A stretch of 39,898 nt of DNA from Anaerolineales bacterium (lineage in GTDB: Bacteria; Chloroflexota; Anaerolineae; Anaerolineales; UBA6663), in NCBI GenBank assembly GCA_025057205.1, contig JANWXR010000002.1:1-39898 (forward strand), given 5' to 3'. Of the stretch, positions 8,717-17,150 are shown in pieces. The number at the start of each line of letters is the position of its first letter. The stretch's first letter is position 1. Position numbers and translations under genes: made by a program. The notes beneath the pieces were generated by a model. That model had not been told where the DNA came from. It was given only the letters and a program-made list of their open reading frames with translations, and ran no database searches.

Positions 8717-9190
8717 CTAAGACGCCGCCGCTTGCTGCAGGTCAGCGGGCGTGACGTCGTGGGCGCGGGCGAAGCCGCCGACGAAGCGCCCACCGGCGGG
8801 CGTGAAGCGGAAGAGGCTGAAATCGCCGAGCGTGAAGTTGAACTCGGTGAAAGGGAGCTTCTCGATGTAGAGCGCTTTGGCGGTTGTGAACTCGGCAGCG
8901 TCCGGCGCGAGCACGGAGGCAACGCCGTACAGCGAGACGCGCGCCAGCGTCAGCGGATTCTGGCTGGGGCGCTCGGTCTCGACGAGCAGCAGCGAGCAGC
9001 GCGGGTCGGCCAGCAGGTCGCGGGTGTGTGTGGCGAGGCGGCTGAGGTGCAGGTAGATGGCGGAGAAGTCCGGCGCAGCGGCGAAGACAACGTGCGAGAC
9101 AGACGGGGCGCCGGCATGCAGTGTGCCCAGCGCGGCGATCCGCTGTGCGCGCAGCAGGCGGGCCAAGGTACGCAGATCGTCGGCAGTCAT
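8717..9190 (-). CDS. Pyridoxamine 5'-phosphate oxidase-like FMN-binding (split-barrel) family protein
   Basis: MTADDLRTLARLLRAQRIAALGTLHAGAPSVSHVVFAAAPDFSAIYLHLSRLATHTRDLLADPRCSLLL... is the typical PNPOx/HugZ-like beta-barrel pattern. The size is about 157 aa. Confidence 0.65.
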   Translation of the reverse strand: MTADDLRTLARLLRAQRIAALGTLHAGAPSVSHVVFAAAPDFSAIYLHLSRLATHTRDLLADPRCSLLLVETERPSQNPLTLARVSLYGVASVLAPDAAEFTTAKALYIEKLPFTEFNFTLGDFSLFRFTPAGGRFVGGFARAHDVTPADLQQAAAS

Positions 9191-10380
9191 TGCAGCTGAG
9201 TATCGCAGAAGTTCAGTGAAGCGTGAAGGAAGCAGGAGTTCGCCCTCACCCCGGCCCTCGTGGGCGAGGGGGCGGGGGGTGAATTTGAACCGCGAAGCCG
9301 CGAAGAGCGCGAAGGGCGCGCAAAGTTCTTCATGTTCCTTCGGGTGACTTCGAGTTGTGCAAATCGGACAAAAGCATAGCCCGGCTTCGCCGAGAAATGC
9401 TCATTTTGAATCGCGAAGACTCGTGGTGGAGGCGGCGATAGCTGATGCGGTTGCCCTCGAAGAGGATGGCCGTCTTCAACGGGAAGCGCCGCTAAGTGCA
9501 GGAATTTATAGATGGGGATATCGGGGATGTCGATGGTGTAGGGCACGTCAGAGTCATAATACGCCAGCCAGGGGCGCTCGCGCGTCTCCTCCTCCAGCCC
9601 GACGCCGGCGCGCCGCGTCTTGCGCCCCTGGATAAAGCGCTCGATGGCGCGGTTGACGGCGTCGCGGCGCCCCAGCATCATCAGGTGCGCACTTACCCCC
9701 ACATCCTCGGCGTCCTCAATGTGCTTGGCAATGTTGGCAAAGAACCGGGCCTCGAAGACCTGGTCGCGGTTGCTGCGGATGACGAGCGTGGGCACCCGCA
9801 ACCGGCGAAACTTCTCCCAGCCCGCCCAGCGGCTGAGGTTGTTGCGGTAAACGCGCTTCATGATCTGCGGCGAGGTGGAGAAGATCCGCTTCAGATAAAC
9901 GGTGTAGGCAAAGTTCAGCACAGCGTTCGGGATGCGCAGGGCGAGGCGGTTCAGCCAGGTCAGCGAATACTCGCCGGCGGCGGCGACCAGCACCAACCGG
10001 GACACGCGCTCCGGGTGGGCCAGCGCGTACTCGGTGACCACCGCGCCGCCGAACGAGTGGCCCAGCAGCACGCAAGGCTCGGTCACCCCCAGCACCTCGA
10101 GCGCGCGGTCAATATCCCCCATCATCTCTTCCATGGTGTAGGCCGAGTTGGCCGGCTCGTCGCTTGGGCCGAAGCCCCGCAGGTCGAGGGCGATACAGCG
10201 CGATTCGTCGGAGAAGCGCCGCAGCTGGTGCACCCATTGTGAGGCCTGGCCGCCGAAGTCGTGAATGAACACCATCGTCCGCGCCGGGCGATCCGGGGCC
10301 GGGTCAATGGCGCCCAGCCGCAGGCGCGGCTGCTCCGAGATGAGCACCTCGCGGCGGTAAAGCTCGATGTCAACGTCCAT
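9187..10380 (-). CDS. Alpha/beta hydrolase, in-frame with the truncated acyl-CoA ligase remnant; the C-terminal ~100 codons are probably not native
   Basis: From the ATG at 10378-10380 (MDVDIELYRRE...) it shows an HDFGG oxyanion-type motif, the nucleophile elbow GHSFGG, and a late His in VSAHLMM. The ORF then reads without a stop into the ligase N-terminus and through the REP-like repeat to a stop at 9187. Confidence 0.65.
   Translation of the reverse strand: MDVDIELYRREVLISEQPRLRLGAIDPAPDRPARTMVFIHDFGGQASQWVHQLRRFSDESRCIALDLRGFGPSDEPANSAYTMEEMMGDIDRALEVLGVTEPCVLLGHSFGGAVVTEYALAHPERVSRLVLVAAAGEYSLTWLNRLALRIPNAVLNFAYTVYLKRIFSTSPQIMKRVYRNNLSRWAGWEKFRRLRVPTLVIRSNRDQVFEARFFANIAKHIEDAEDVGVSAHLMMLGRRDAVNRAIERFIQGRKTRRAGVGLEEETRERPWLAYYDSDVPYTIDIPDIPIYKFLHLAALPVEDGHPLRGQPHQLSPPPPRVFAIQNEHFSAKPGYAFVRFAQLEVTRRNMKNFARPSRSSRLRGSNSPPAPSPTRAGVRANSCFLHASLNFCDTQLQ
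9243..9325. repeat. GC-rich REP-like hairpin plus a GCGAAG triplet tract
   Basis: An imperfect hairpin TCACCCCGGCCCTCG-TGGG-CGAGGGGGCGGGGGGTGA lies at 9246-9282. It is followed by CGCGAAGCCGCGAAGAGCGCGAAGGGCGCGCAAAG. This resembles intergenic repeat families common in several phyla. It sits exactly where the ligase remnant ends. Confidence 0.5.
9395..9576 (-). pseudogene. Acyl-CoA synthetase (AMP-binding) N-terminal remnant, frameshifted and truncated
   Basis: RPWLAYYDSDVPYTIDIPDIPIYKFLHLAA is a typical FadD-type N-terminus. One frame over it continues FPLKTAILFEGNRISYRRLHHESSRF. The rest of a ~550-aa ligase is absent. Confidence 0.65.
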
Positions 10381-10489
10381 GACCGAAGCGTGGGGGGGGG
10401 TGAGCCGGCGCAACACGCCCGCGCCGGATCATTTCGCAAGGTTAACGGCAGCGTTTGGGAACGCGCCGCAATTGTACCCGGCTCCGGGG

Positions 10490-10888
10490 TCAGAACAGCC
10501 GTGCCCAGAGCGGCGGGCCGAGGACGAGCAGACCGATGAGGACAGCCGAGAGCGCCGCCACCAACACGGCAGCGGCACCCACATCCTTGCCGACCTTCGC
10601 CAGCGGATGAATGTTCGGCGAAGCCAAGTCCACAACCGCCTCGATGGCCGTGTTGAGGAACTCCGCCACCCAGACAAAGCCGACCGTCAAGAAGATGATG
10701 GCCCACTCCAACGTGCTCAGTCCGAGCCACGCGGCCAGGATGAAAACTGCCACCGAGACGAGACTGTGGATCCAGGCATTGGGCTGTGTACGCAGCATGT
10801 GCCACCAGCCGGCGAATGCATGCCGGAACGCGGCCAGGCGGGAGACGGCGCGGCGAGATGGTCCGGTCGTCGCTTCAGATGTTTTCAT
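10490..10888 (-). CDS. dgkA: Diacylglycerol/undecaprenol kinase (DgkA family)
   Basis: A 132-aa three-TM protein with the EFLNTAIEAVVD motif and GKDVGAAAVL, characteristic of prokaryotic DAGK. Confidence 0.8.
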   Translation of the reverse strand: MKTSEATTGPSRRAVSRLAAFRHAFAGWWHMLRTQPNAWIHSLVSVAVFILAAWLGLSTLEWAIIFLTVGFVWVAEFLNTAIEAVVDLASPNIHPLAKVGKDVGAAAVLVAALSAVLIGLLVLGPPLWARLF

Positions 10889-11193
10889 GCGTCAGCCTGA
10901 GCGTCATCATTTTTGGAGTACACGAGATGGATAGGGTGCACTTCAGATTATTGGTCACCCCTTCGACTACGGCCCGCAAAAGCAGCGGGCCTCCGTTCAG
11001 AGTGTAGCCCGGCCAAAAAATAGAAATGCACCCGATGGATAGGCAACTTCCGGCCCGATATAGTAGATTGTCCACAGTTCCACCGTTCTTGCAATTCGCG
11101 CCTGCCGCGGTCTTGCCCGCGAACCATTGGTCGGCGCGACTCCGCTTGCTCTGAAGCATACCGCGTGGCGCTTCTGAGACGGCGAACCGAAGA

Positions 11194-11295
11194 TAGAGCG
11201 GTTTCCAGCTTGGGTTACGGCAAGGCATGCAAAATTCGATCTGTTTTCAGCGAGTTTCTACTACGGAACCGCAAATCCATCAGGAATTCTCTCTA
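11194..11295 (+). mobile_element. 102-bp MITE-like element (family A), copy 2, intact
   Basis: TAGAGCGGTTTCCAGCTTGGGTTACGGCAAGG...CAGGAATTCTCTCTA is about 84% identical by manual alignment to 37617-37718. It has the same length and the same termini. Confidence 0.85.
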
Positions 11296-11402
11296 ATCAA
11301 GCAATTCAAATGGAGCAGCTCCGAAGACTCGTGAAACGGCTTGAGGGGCACTAGGGTTGGCCATGTTGCTGTTGGAAGGATTGACGCGGAACGCTAAATC
11401 GG

Positions 11403-11870
11403 ATGACGCGAGCGGCGGCCTCGGTTTACGTGCGTCCCGGCAGCAGCAATGATACCACCTGCAACAGCACAGTAGATGCCGCTTACTCGGCGTCCGCCGC
11501 GCCGCTGTGCGCTGTAGCGACAATCAGCCGGGCGCTGCAATTGGTCGAGACGGGCGGCGTGGTCAACGTCGCCGCCAGCCAGTATCTGCTGGGACGGTGG
11601 ACATCACCCGCGCGGTGATGCTCAACGGCCCGAACGCCTTCATCAGCCCGAACTCCGGGGTGCGCGCGCCTGAGGCCGTCTTCACCGGCGCAGGCGCACA
11701 GCTGCGCTTCACCAGCAGCAACCCCGCCAACATCTCCATCCAAGGCTTCACCTTCCAAACCATCATAGGCATGCTCAGCAGCTCCGGCGTCATTGAGGAC
11801 AGTAGCATGAGCGGCGTGGTAAGTAACCTGACGTTCGCGCGCAGTGCCTTGCAACTACATAGACTTCCAC
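11403..11870 (+). pseudogene. Fragment of a secreted right-handed beta-helix/pectate-lyase-fold-like protein, frameshifted and 3'-truncated
   Basis: Two overlapping frames read VYVRPGSSNDTTCNSTVDAAYSASAAPLCAVATISRALQLVETGGVVNVAAS and then VDITRAVMLNGPNAFISPNSGVRAPEAVFTGAGAQLRFTSSNPANISIQGFTF. The reading ends where the IS1595-like fragment begins. Confidence 0.45.
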
Positions 11871-11878
11871 TTCGCCGC

Positions 11879-12256
11879 TCAATGGGGTCGGCTTTTTTTA
11901 GCCACAATCCCTTCGCGCAATCGGGTCGTCATCTGCTGGGCATCGCCCGCGGCCAGATCGAGTTCGGCCGCGATTTGCTCATTCGACAAGTTCAACTCCA
12001 TCAAATAGAGACACAGCACCCACACCTTCAGAGGCTGATGATGACCTTCAAAGATCGTCTCCGTCAGATCATCAAACTGGCGCTGACAGGCTTGACATTC
12101 ATACCGTTGACGTTCTCTTTGCTGCGTGTGAAACCCCCGTTTCGTGACCTGCGCCGACCCACACCGGGGCCGGTGCGCGCCTTCCGGCCAACGCAGTTGG
12201 CGAAGCACTTCGTAATACTTGGCTTCATCCACCAGATGCTGGATGTGGATCAACAC
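11879..12256 (-). pseudogene. IS1595-family transposase, N-terminal zinc-ribbon/HTH part only
   Basis: LRWPEGAHRPRCGSAQVTKRGFHTQQRERQRYECQACQRQFDDLTETIFEGHHQPLKVWVLCLYLMELNLSNEQIAAEL matches the CxxC...CxxC Zn_Tnp_IS1595 pattern. The DDE domain is missing, leaving only 125 aa. Confidence 0.7.
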
Positions 12257-12456
12257 GGCACAACTCCCAACTGGTCTTGAAGACCAGATTATCGCAACCT
12301 CCTTGAAATCGGTTAAGAGCGAAACGTTCTACAAGCCTTGCAGCGGCCCCGCGCTTGGGCGGGATTGTTCCACACTCAAGCCTGCCAGTACGTCCGCTAA
12401 AGCTTCCAGCGTGCAAATCCTTGCCCGAACGCGCGTGCTTGTGTACCATTCCGTCC

Positions 12457-13230
12457 ATGCGCAGCGCGCCGTCCCTCGGCTCCATCCTCGCACAGGCCCT
12501 GCGCCAGTTTGCGTTAGTGGTGATGGCCGGCATGGCCCTCGCTACGGTGTTCATCCTCTGGACGCCCGGCAGCTTTTCGGTGACGGCGCTGGCTGGCCAG
12601 CTCGCCGACGCGCTCAGCCCGCGGAACGCCGGCCTGCCCAATCCAGTTACACCGCTGCCGCCCACACCCACACCGCTCCTCAGCGCGCCGCGTATCGGCC
12701 TCGTCTCCGGCCACCGAGGCAACGACTCCGGCGCAGTCTGCCCGGACGGCCTGACTGAGGCCGACTTAAATTACGACATCGCCCTGCGCGTCAAGGCCGG
12801 GCTGGAGGCCGCCGGATTTCAGGTGGATATCCTGGACGAGTTCGATAACCGGCTGACCGGCTATCGCGCACTGGCGCTCGTCTCCATCCATAACGACTCT
12901 TGCCAGTACATCAACGAGCTGGCGACCGGCTTCAAGGTGGCGCGCGCGCTCTACAGCCAGACGCCCGAGCGCTCCGACCAGCTGGTGGCTTGCCTGATTG
13001 ACCGATATCACAAAGCCACCGGCCTGGGCTTCCATGCCAACTCCATCACGCCGGACATGACCCAGTATCACGGCTTCGATGAGATCCACGCGACGACGCC
13101 GGCGGCCATCATCGAAACCGGCTTCATGTATCTGGATCGGCGCATCCTGACCGAGGAACCGTACCGCGTGGCGCAGGGCGTCATTGACGGCATCATTTGC
13201 TTTGTGCGCGGTGAACCGGTCGGCCAGTAA
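12457..13230 (+). CDS. N-acetylmuramoyl-L-alanine amidase (Amidase_3 type) with an N-terminal membrane anchor
   Basis: The ATG at 12457 gives MRSAPSLGSILAQALRQFALVVMAGMALATVFILW (anchor). The catalytic part reads IGLVSGHRGNDSGAVCPDGLTEADLNYDIALRV...ALVSIHNDSC...AAIIETGFM. Confidence 0.8.
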   Translation: MRSAPSLGSILAQALRQFALVVMAGMALATVFILWTPGSFSVTALAGQLADALSPRNAGLPNPVTPLPPTPTPLLSAPRIGLVSGHRGNDSGAVCPDGLTEADLNYDIALRVKAGLEAAGFQVDILDEFDNRLTGYRALALVSIHNDSCQYINELATGFKVARALYSQTPERSDQLVACLIDRYHKATGLGFHANSITPDMTQYHGFDEIHATTPAAIIETGFMYLDRRILTEEPYRVAQGVIDGIICFVRGEPVGQ

Positions 13231-13243
13231 ACTTGTCTCCAGC

Positions 13244-15961
13244 ATGGACGTTCTTGCACCTGCCGCCCCTTCAGCGCCCGCCGAAGTCGTCTACCGCGAG
13301 ATCCTGGAGCGGAGCGGGAGCGGCGTGTTCCAGAGCACGGCGGAGGGGCGCTTCATCTTCGTCAATGCCGCGCTGGCACGGATTTGCGGTTACGCCTCAC
13401 CCGAAGAGATGAAGGCCGCCGTCACCGACATCCGCAACCAGCTCTACGTCCTGCCCCAGCAATACGACGATTACCTCCGTGAGATGGAAGCCAGCGATGA
13501 AGCTCCCGGCCAGGAGGTGCAAATTTACCGCAAGGATGGCACGCGCCTGTGGGCCCAAATCCGGGCGCGCGCCGTGCGCGGCGAGGACGGTCGGACGCTA
13601 TATTACGAGGGCACACTCGAAGACGTCACCGCCCGCCGCCAGACCCAGGCACGACTGGAACGGAGCGCGCGCCAGCTCACCGCGCTCAGCCAGATGGGCC
13701 TGGCGGTGACCTCCAGCCTGGATCAGACCATCGTCCTCAACCGCGTTCTGGACGAAATTCTCAACTTGCTGAACGTGGACAGCGTGGCCGTGCTGCTGTT
13801 GGAGGGCGAACAGCTGGTGATGGCCGCCGTCGGCGGCTCGGGCACCGTTAGCCTCATCGGGCGGCGGATGCCGGTCGGCGCGGGGGTGGCCGGCGAAGTC
13901 GTCCGCACCGGTCGTTCGGTGCTGATTCAGGATGAGGCCGGCCAGGCGCGGCTCTATCGTCCGCTGGAGCAGTTCACCGTGTACGAGGCGCAATCGCTGC
14001 TAGCGGCCCCCCTCAAGTTACAGGGCGAAGTCATCGGCGTGATCGAGGTGGTGCACGAAGCGCCGGCATCTTTTTTGCAGGACGATGTGCAAATGCTCGA
14101 GGCCGCTGCCAGCTGGGCCGCGCTCGCCATCGGCAACGCCCGCCAGCACGCGCGTTTGGAGCGCCGCCTCCAGGAAAGCGAAGCGCTGAGCGTCATCAGC
14201 CAGGCGCTCAACGAGACGCATGACCTCGACGCCATCCTCAAGATGATTGTAGACGCAGCCCGGCAAATCATTCCGAAAGTTGAGCGCGCCGTCATCCACC
14301 TGCTGGATGAGGACGCGCAGACGCTGCGCTCCGCGGCCTATTCTAGCGACGAGCCGCTGAGCCGCTCCGAGCTGGCGATGCGCCCCGGGGAGGGCGTGGC
14401 CGGACGCGTGCTGGCCGAGGGCATCCCCATCAACGTCGGCGATATCCGCACCGACCCGCGCTATCTGCCCAGCGGCTCGCACCACAACATGCACTCACTG
14501 CTGGTCGCGCCGGTGCAAAGCGGTGAGCGGCGGCTGGGCACCATCAGCGTACAGAGCGCCGAACCGCATGCCTTCTCCTCCGACGATCAACAATTGCTGC
14601 GGACGCTGGGTTTGCAGGCCGCGTTGGCCATCGAGAACGCACGTCTGCTGGCCGCCGAGAGCCGCGCCCGCCACGACGCCGAAGTGCTGGGCGAGATTAG
14701 CACCATCCTCAGCTCGACGCTCGACTACGAGCGTGTGCTCGACCAGTTGCTGGAACAGGTGAACCGTCTCGTCCCCTCCGACATGGCCGAACTGATGTTG
14801 GTGGAAGGCAACCTGTACGCGCGCACGGTGCGCCAGCGCGGCTACGAGAAGTTCGGTGAGGAGGTGGTGCGCGCTGTGGGCGCCATGGCGCTCGACATCA
14901 CGGCCACGCCGCGTCTGCGGCATATGACCGAGACCGGCCAGCCGCTGGTCATCCCCGATGTACGCGCCGATCCTGGCTGGCTGCCGCGCGCTGCGATGAT
15001 CCACATCGGCTCTTGGGTAGGCGCGCCGATTGTGGTGCAGAACCAAGGCGTCATCGCCTTCTTTTCCCTGGAGAAGCTGGAGTCGGGCTATTACACCGCT
15101 GAGCATGGACACCGGCTGGCGGCTTTCGCTGGGCAAGCTTCGCTCGCGATTCAGAATGCGCGCCTGTATGCCAACCTAGAACGTGCGCTGCGCCACGAAA
15201 AATCCATGCGCGCCCAGCTGGTGCAATCGGAAAAGCTGGCCGCGATGGGCCGGCTGGTGGCCTCAGTGGCGCATGAGTTGAATAACCCGCTGCAGGCGAT
15301 TCAGAACTCCCTCTATCTCGTCAGCCAGGAGAACGAGCTTACCCCGCAGGCGCGCGAGGACTTGCAGGTGGCGCTAACGGAGGCCGACCGCATGGCCGCG
15401 CTCATCAGCCGGTTGCGCGAGACGTACCGCCCGGCCACCGCCGAGCAGTTCCGCTACGAATCACTCAACTCGATTATCGAAGAGGTACAGAAGCTCATCT
15501 CTACGCACCTGCGTCACAACAACGTGCACTTCAGCTTTGAGCCTGACCCTCGCCTGCCCAAAGTGCCCGGTCTGCGCGACCAGCTGAAACAAGTGATCCT
15601 GAACCTGTGCCTGAATGCGGTGGAAGCCATGCCGCGCGGCGGCGAGCTGCGTTTGCGCACTGAACATCTCCCCAAGCAGGGCGAGGTGCTGGTGACCATC
15701 TCCGATACCGGCGAGGGTATTGACCCAGTAGACCTGCGCAACATCTTCGAACCGTTCTTCACCACCAAGGAGGGCGGCACAGGCCTCGGCCTGTTCATCA
15801 CGCACGAGATTATCCAGCGCCATCAAGGCCGCGTCGAAGTGGAAAGCCAAGTTGGACACGGAGCGACGTTCCGAGTCTGGCTGCCGGTGACGCGCACCGA
15901 AATGTCCCACACCGACCCGGGCGCGCAGTTTGACGCGAAAAGTATAAACCAATGGTGCTAG
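13244..15961 (+). CDS. Sensor histidine kinase: PAS, three or four GAF domains, HisKA, HATPase_c
   Basis: PAS reads FQSTAEGRFIFVNAALARICGYASPEEM. GAF blocks end in ...AIGNARQHARLE, ...AIENARLLAAE and ...AIQNARLYANLE. The H-box is VASVAHELNNPLQAI. N/G boxes are LNLCLNAVEAM, DTGEGI and GGTGLGLF. I chose the ATG at 13244, 14 nt after the amidase stop. Confidence 0.9.
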   Translation: MDVLAPAAPSAPAEVVYREILERSGSGVFQSTAEGRFIFVNAALARICGYASPEEMKAAVTDIRNQLYVLPQQYDDYLREMEASDEAPGQEVQIYRKDGTRLWAQIRARAVRGEDGRTLYYEGTLEDVTARRQTQARLERSARQLTALSQMGLAVTSSLDQTIVLNRVLDEILNLLNVDSVAVLLLEGEQLVMAAVGGSGTVSLIGRRMPVGAGVAGEVVRTGRSVLIQDEAGQARLYRPLEQFTVYEAQSLLAAPLKLQGEVIGVIEVVHEAPASFLQDDVQMLEAAASWAALAIGNARQHARLERRLQESEALSVISQALNETHDLDAILKMIVDAARQIIPKVERAVIHLLDEDAQTLRSAAYSSDEPLSRSELAMRPGEGVAGRVLAEGIPINVGDIRTDPRYLPSGSHHNMHSLLVAPVQSGERRLGTISVQSAEPHAFSSDDQQLLRTLGLQAALAIENARLLAAESRARHDAEVLGEISTILSSTLDYERVLDQLLEQVNRLVPSDMAELMLVEGNLYARTVRQRGYEKFGEEVVRAVGAMALDITATPRLRHMTETGQPLVIPDVRADPGWLPRAAMIHIGSWVGAPIVVQNQGVIAFFSLEKLESGYYTAEHGHRLAAFAGQASLAIQNARLYANLERALRHEKSMRAQLVQSEKLAAMGRLVASVAHELNNPLQAIQNSLYLVSQENELTPQAREDLQVALTEADRMAALISRLRETYRPATAEQFRYESLNSIIEEVQKLISTHLRHNNVHFSFEPDPRLPKVPGLRDQLKQVILNLCLNAVEAMPRGGELRLRTEHLPKQGEVLVTISDTGEGIDPVDLRNIFEPFFTTKEGGTGLGLFITHEIIQRHQGRVEVESQVGHGATFRVWLPVTRTEMSHTDPGAQFDAKSINQWC

Positions 15962-16026
15962 TTCGATAGGAGTTACACAGTTGCGCCCGCGCTTCCGTAT
16001 ATGTGGCGGTCATATCCGCCGGAAGT

Positions 16027-16070
16027 CCGCCAGATATGGCGGCAACTCCCGCCAACTGCGTAAGTCCTAA
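16027..16070 (-). repeat. Short scar resembling the IS terminus and family-B hairpin arm
   Basis: GCCAGATATGGCGGC (16029-16043) equals the family-B hairpin arm. AACTGCGTAAG-TCCTAA (16054-16070) resembles AACTGCGTAAGGTGAG-TTCCTAA at 1436-1458. Confidence 0.35.
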
Positions 16071-16205
16071 CATTCAATTTCGTTTGGCCTTCATCTCGGC
16101 GATGTTCAATGTGCTCCTGGATTTATTTCACTCTCTCCACCCAGACGCCATGCCTCACCCGATGTCCATCGCCGAGTTCGCTCTCTAAAAACTAGCACCA
16201 AAGGT

Positions 16206-16211
16206 TATAAT
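16206..16211 (+). promoter_or_regulatory. Candidate -10 box (perfect TATAAT) upstream of the response-regulator gene
   Basis: A TATAAT hexamer lies 18 nt upstream of the ATG at 16230 in otherwise GC-rich DNA. No convincing -35 was found. Confidence 0.25.
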
Positions 16212-16229
16212 CCTGGTGGGAAAGTCGCC

Positions 16230-17024
16230 ATGAAACTCTCCGGACGCATCCTCATCATTGAGGACGAAGCCAGTCTGCGCCAGACCATGACGCGCATCAT
16301 ACGCCAGACCGGCTGCGAGGTGACCGCCGCCGCCAACGGCGTCGAAGCGCTGCAGCGCCTGGCCACCGCCACTTACGACCTGGCCTACCTGGACATCCAC
16401 CTGCCGGAGATGGACGGCATGCAGGTGCTCCGCGAGATTCATCGTCTGTATCCGCAGATGCCGGTCGTGCTGTTCACGGCATACGCTTCGCTGGATACCG
16501 CCATCGAAGCCATGCGACTGGGCGCGACCGATTACCTGCTCAAGCCGCTCAACCCGGAGCTGCTCATCTCGCGCACCGAGTCCATCCTAAAAAAGCAAGC
16601 AGTGGAGCAGCGCCGGCGCGAATTGCAAGCGCAAATCGTCAACCTCCAGGAAGAGCTGCGCCGGCTGGAAGAAAGCCTAGCCCCGCAGCCCTCGGCCAAT
16701 CTGCCGCAAAGCAGCCGCTTCTTGAAGCTGGGCCAGCTCAGCCTCGACCTGCAGGCGCGCCGCGCCATCTTCGCAGAGCGCGAATTGCAGCTGCCGCCCT
16801 CAGCCTTCGACTACCTGACGGTGCTCATGCGCCACGCCCCGGATGTGGTGGACTATCAGACGCTGGTCAACGAAGCGCAGGGCTACCAGGCCGACCGACG
16901 CGAAGCGCAGGAATTGGCGAAGTGGCACATTCACGAACTGCGCGACTCCCTCGAGCCGGACCCCGGAAATCCGCGCCATATCCTCAATGTTCGCGGCGTA
17001 GGTTATCGTTTGGTTATAGACTGA
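16230..17024 (+). CDS. Response regulator: receiver, coiled-coil linker, OmpR/PhoB-type winged-helix DNA-binding domain
   Basis: REC reads ILIIEDEASL...LAYLDIHLPEMDGMQV...LLKP. The C-terminus reads LSLDLQARRAIFAERELQLPPSAFDYLTVLMRH...VRGVGYRLV. Confidence 0.9.
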   Translation: MKLSGRILIIEDEASLRQTMTRIIRQTGCEVTAAANGVEALQRLATATYDLAYLDIHLPEMDGMQVLREIHRLYPQMPVVLFTAYASLDTAIEAMRLGATDYLLKPLNPELLISRTESILKKQAVEQRRRELQAQIVNLQEELRRLEESLAPQPSANLPQSSRFLKLGQLSLDLQARRAIFAERELQLPPSAFDYLTVLMRHAPDVVDYQTLVNEAQGYQADRREAQELAKWHIHELRDSLEPDPGNPRHILNVRGVGYRLVID

Positions 17025-17049
17025 GGCCACAGGGCCGACGAACTTCGTA

Positions 17050-17150
17050 ACTGGAGTCTGGCAAATTCCGGTTGGGGCACAAGATATGGCGGTTAGGTAA
17101 AGCAGCAGGCCGCCATATCTGGCGCCAAAAGTTCCATTTGCCGGACTCCG
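17050..17150. mobile_element. 101-bp palindromic MITE-like element (family B), copy 2, with a 7-bp direct duplication
   Basis: It is flanked by TTCGTAA at 17043-17049 and 17151-17157. The terminal inverted repeats are CTGGAGTCTGGCAAAT / ATTTGCCGGACTCCGG, with a central 11-bp perfect hairpin. It lies between the regulator and hybrid-kinase genes. Confidence 0.85.

Noticed and set aside
9187-9190. The ATGA overlap between the hydrolase ORF end and the PNPOx-like gene start, taken as evidence of translational coupling.
   Set aside because: The last ~100 codons of the upstream ORF read through a frameshifted gene remnant and a repeat element. The overlap is most likely fortuitous.
10875-11228. 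A 117-aa minus-strand ORF between dgkA and the MITE.
   Set aside because: Its start codon lies inside the family-A MITE. The composition is odd, GC is low, it overlaps the dgkA start, and it has no motif.
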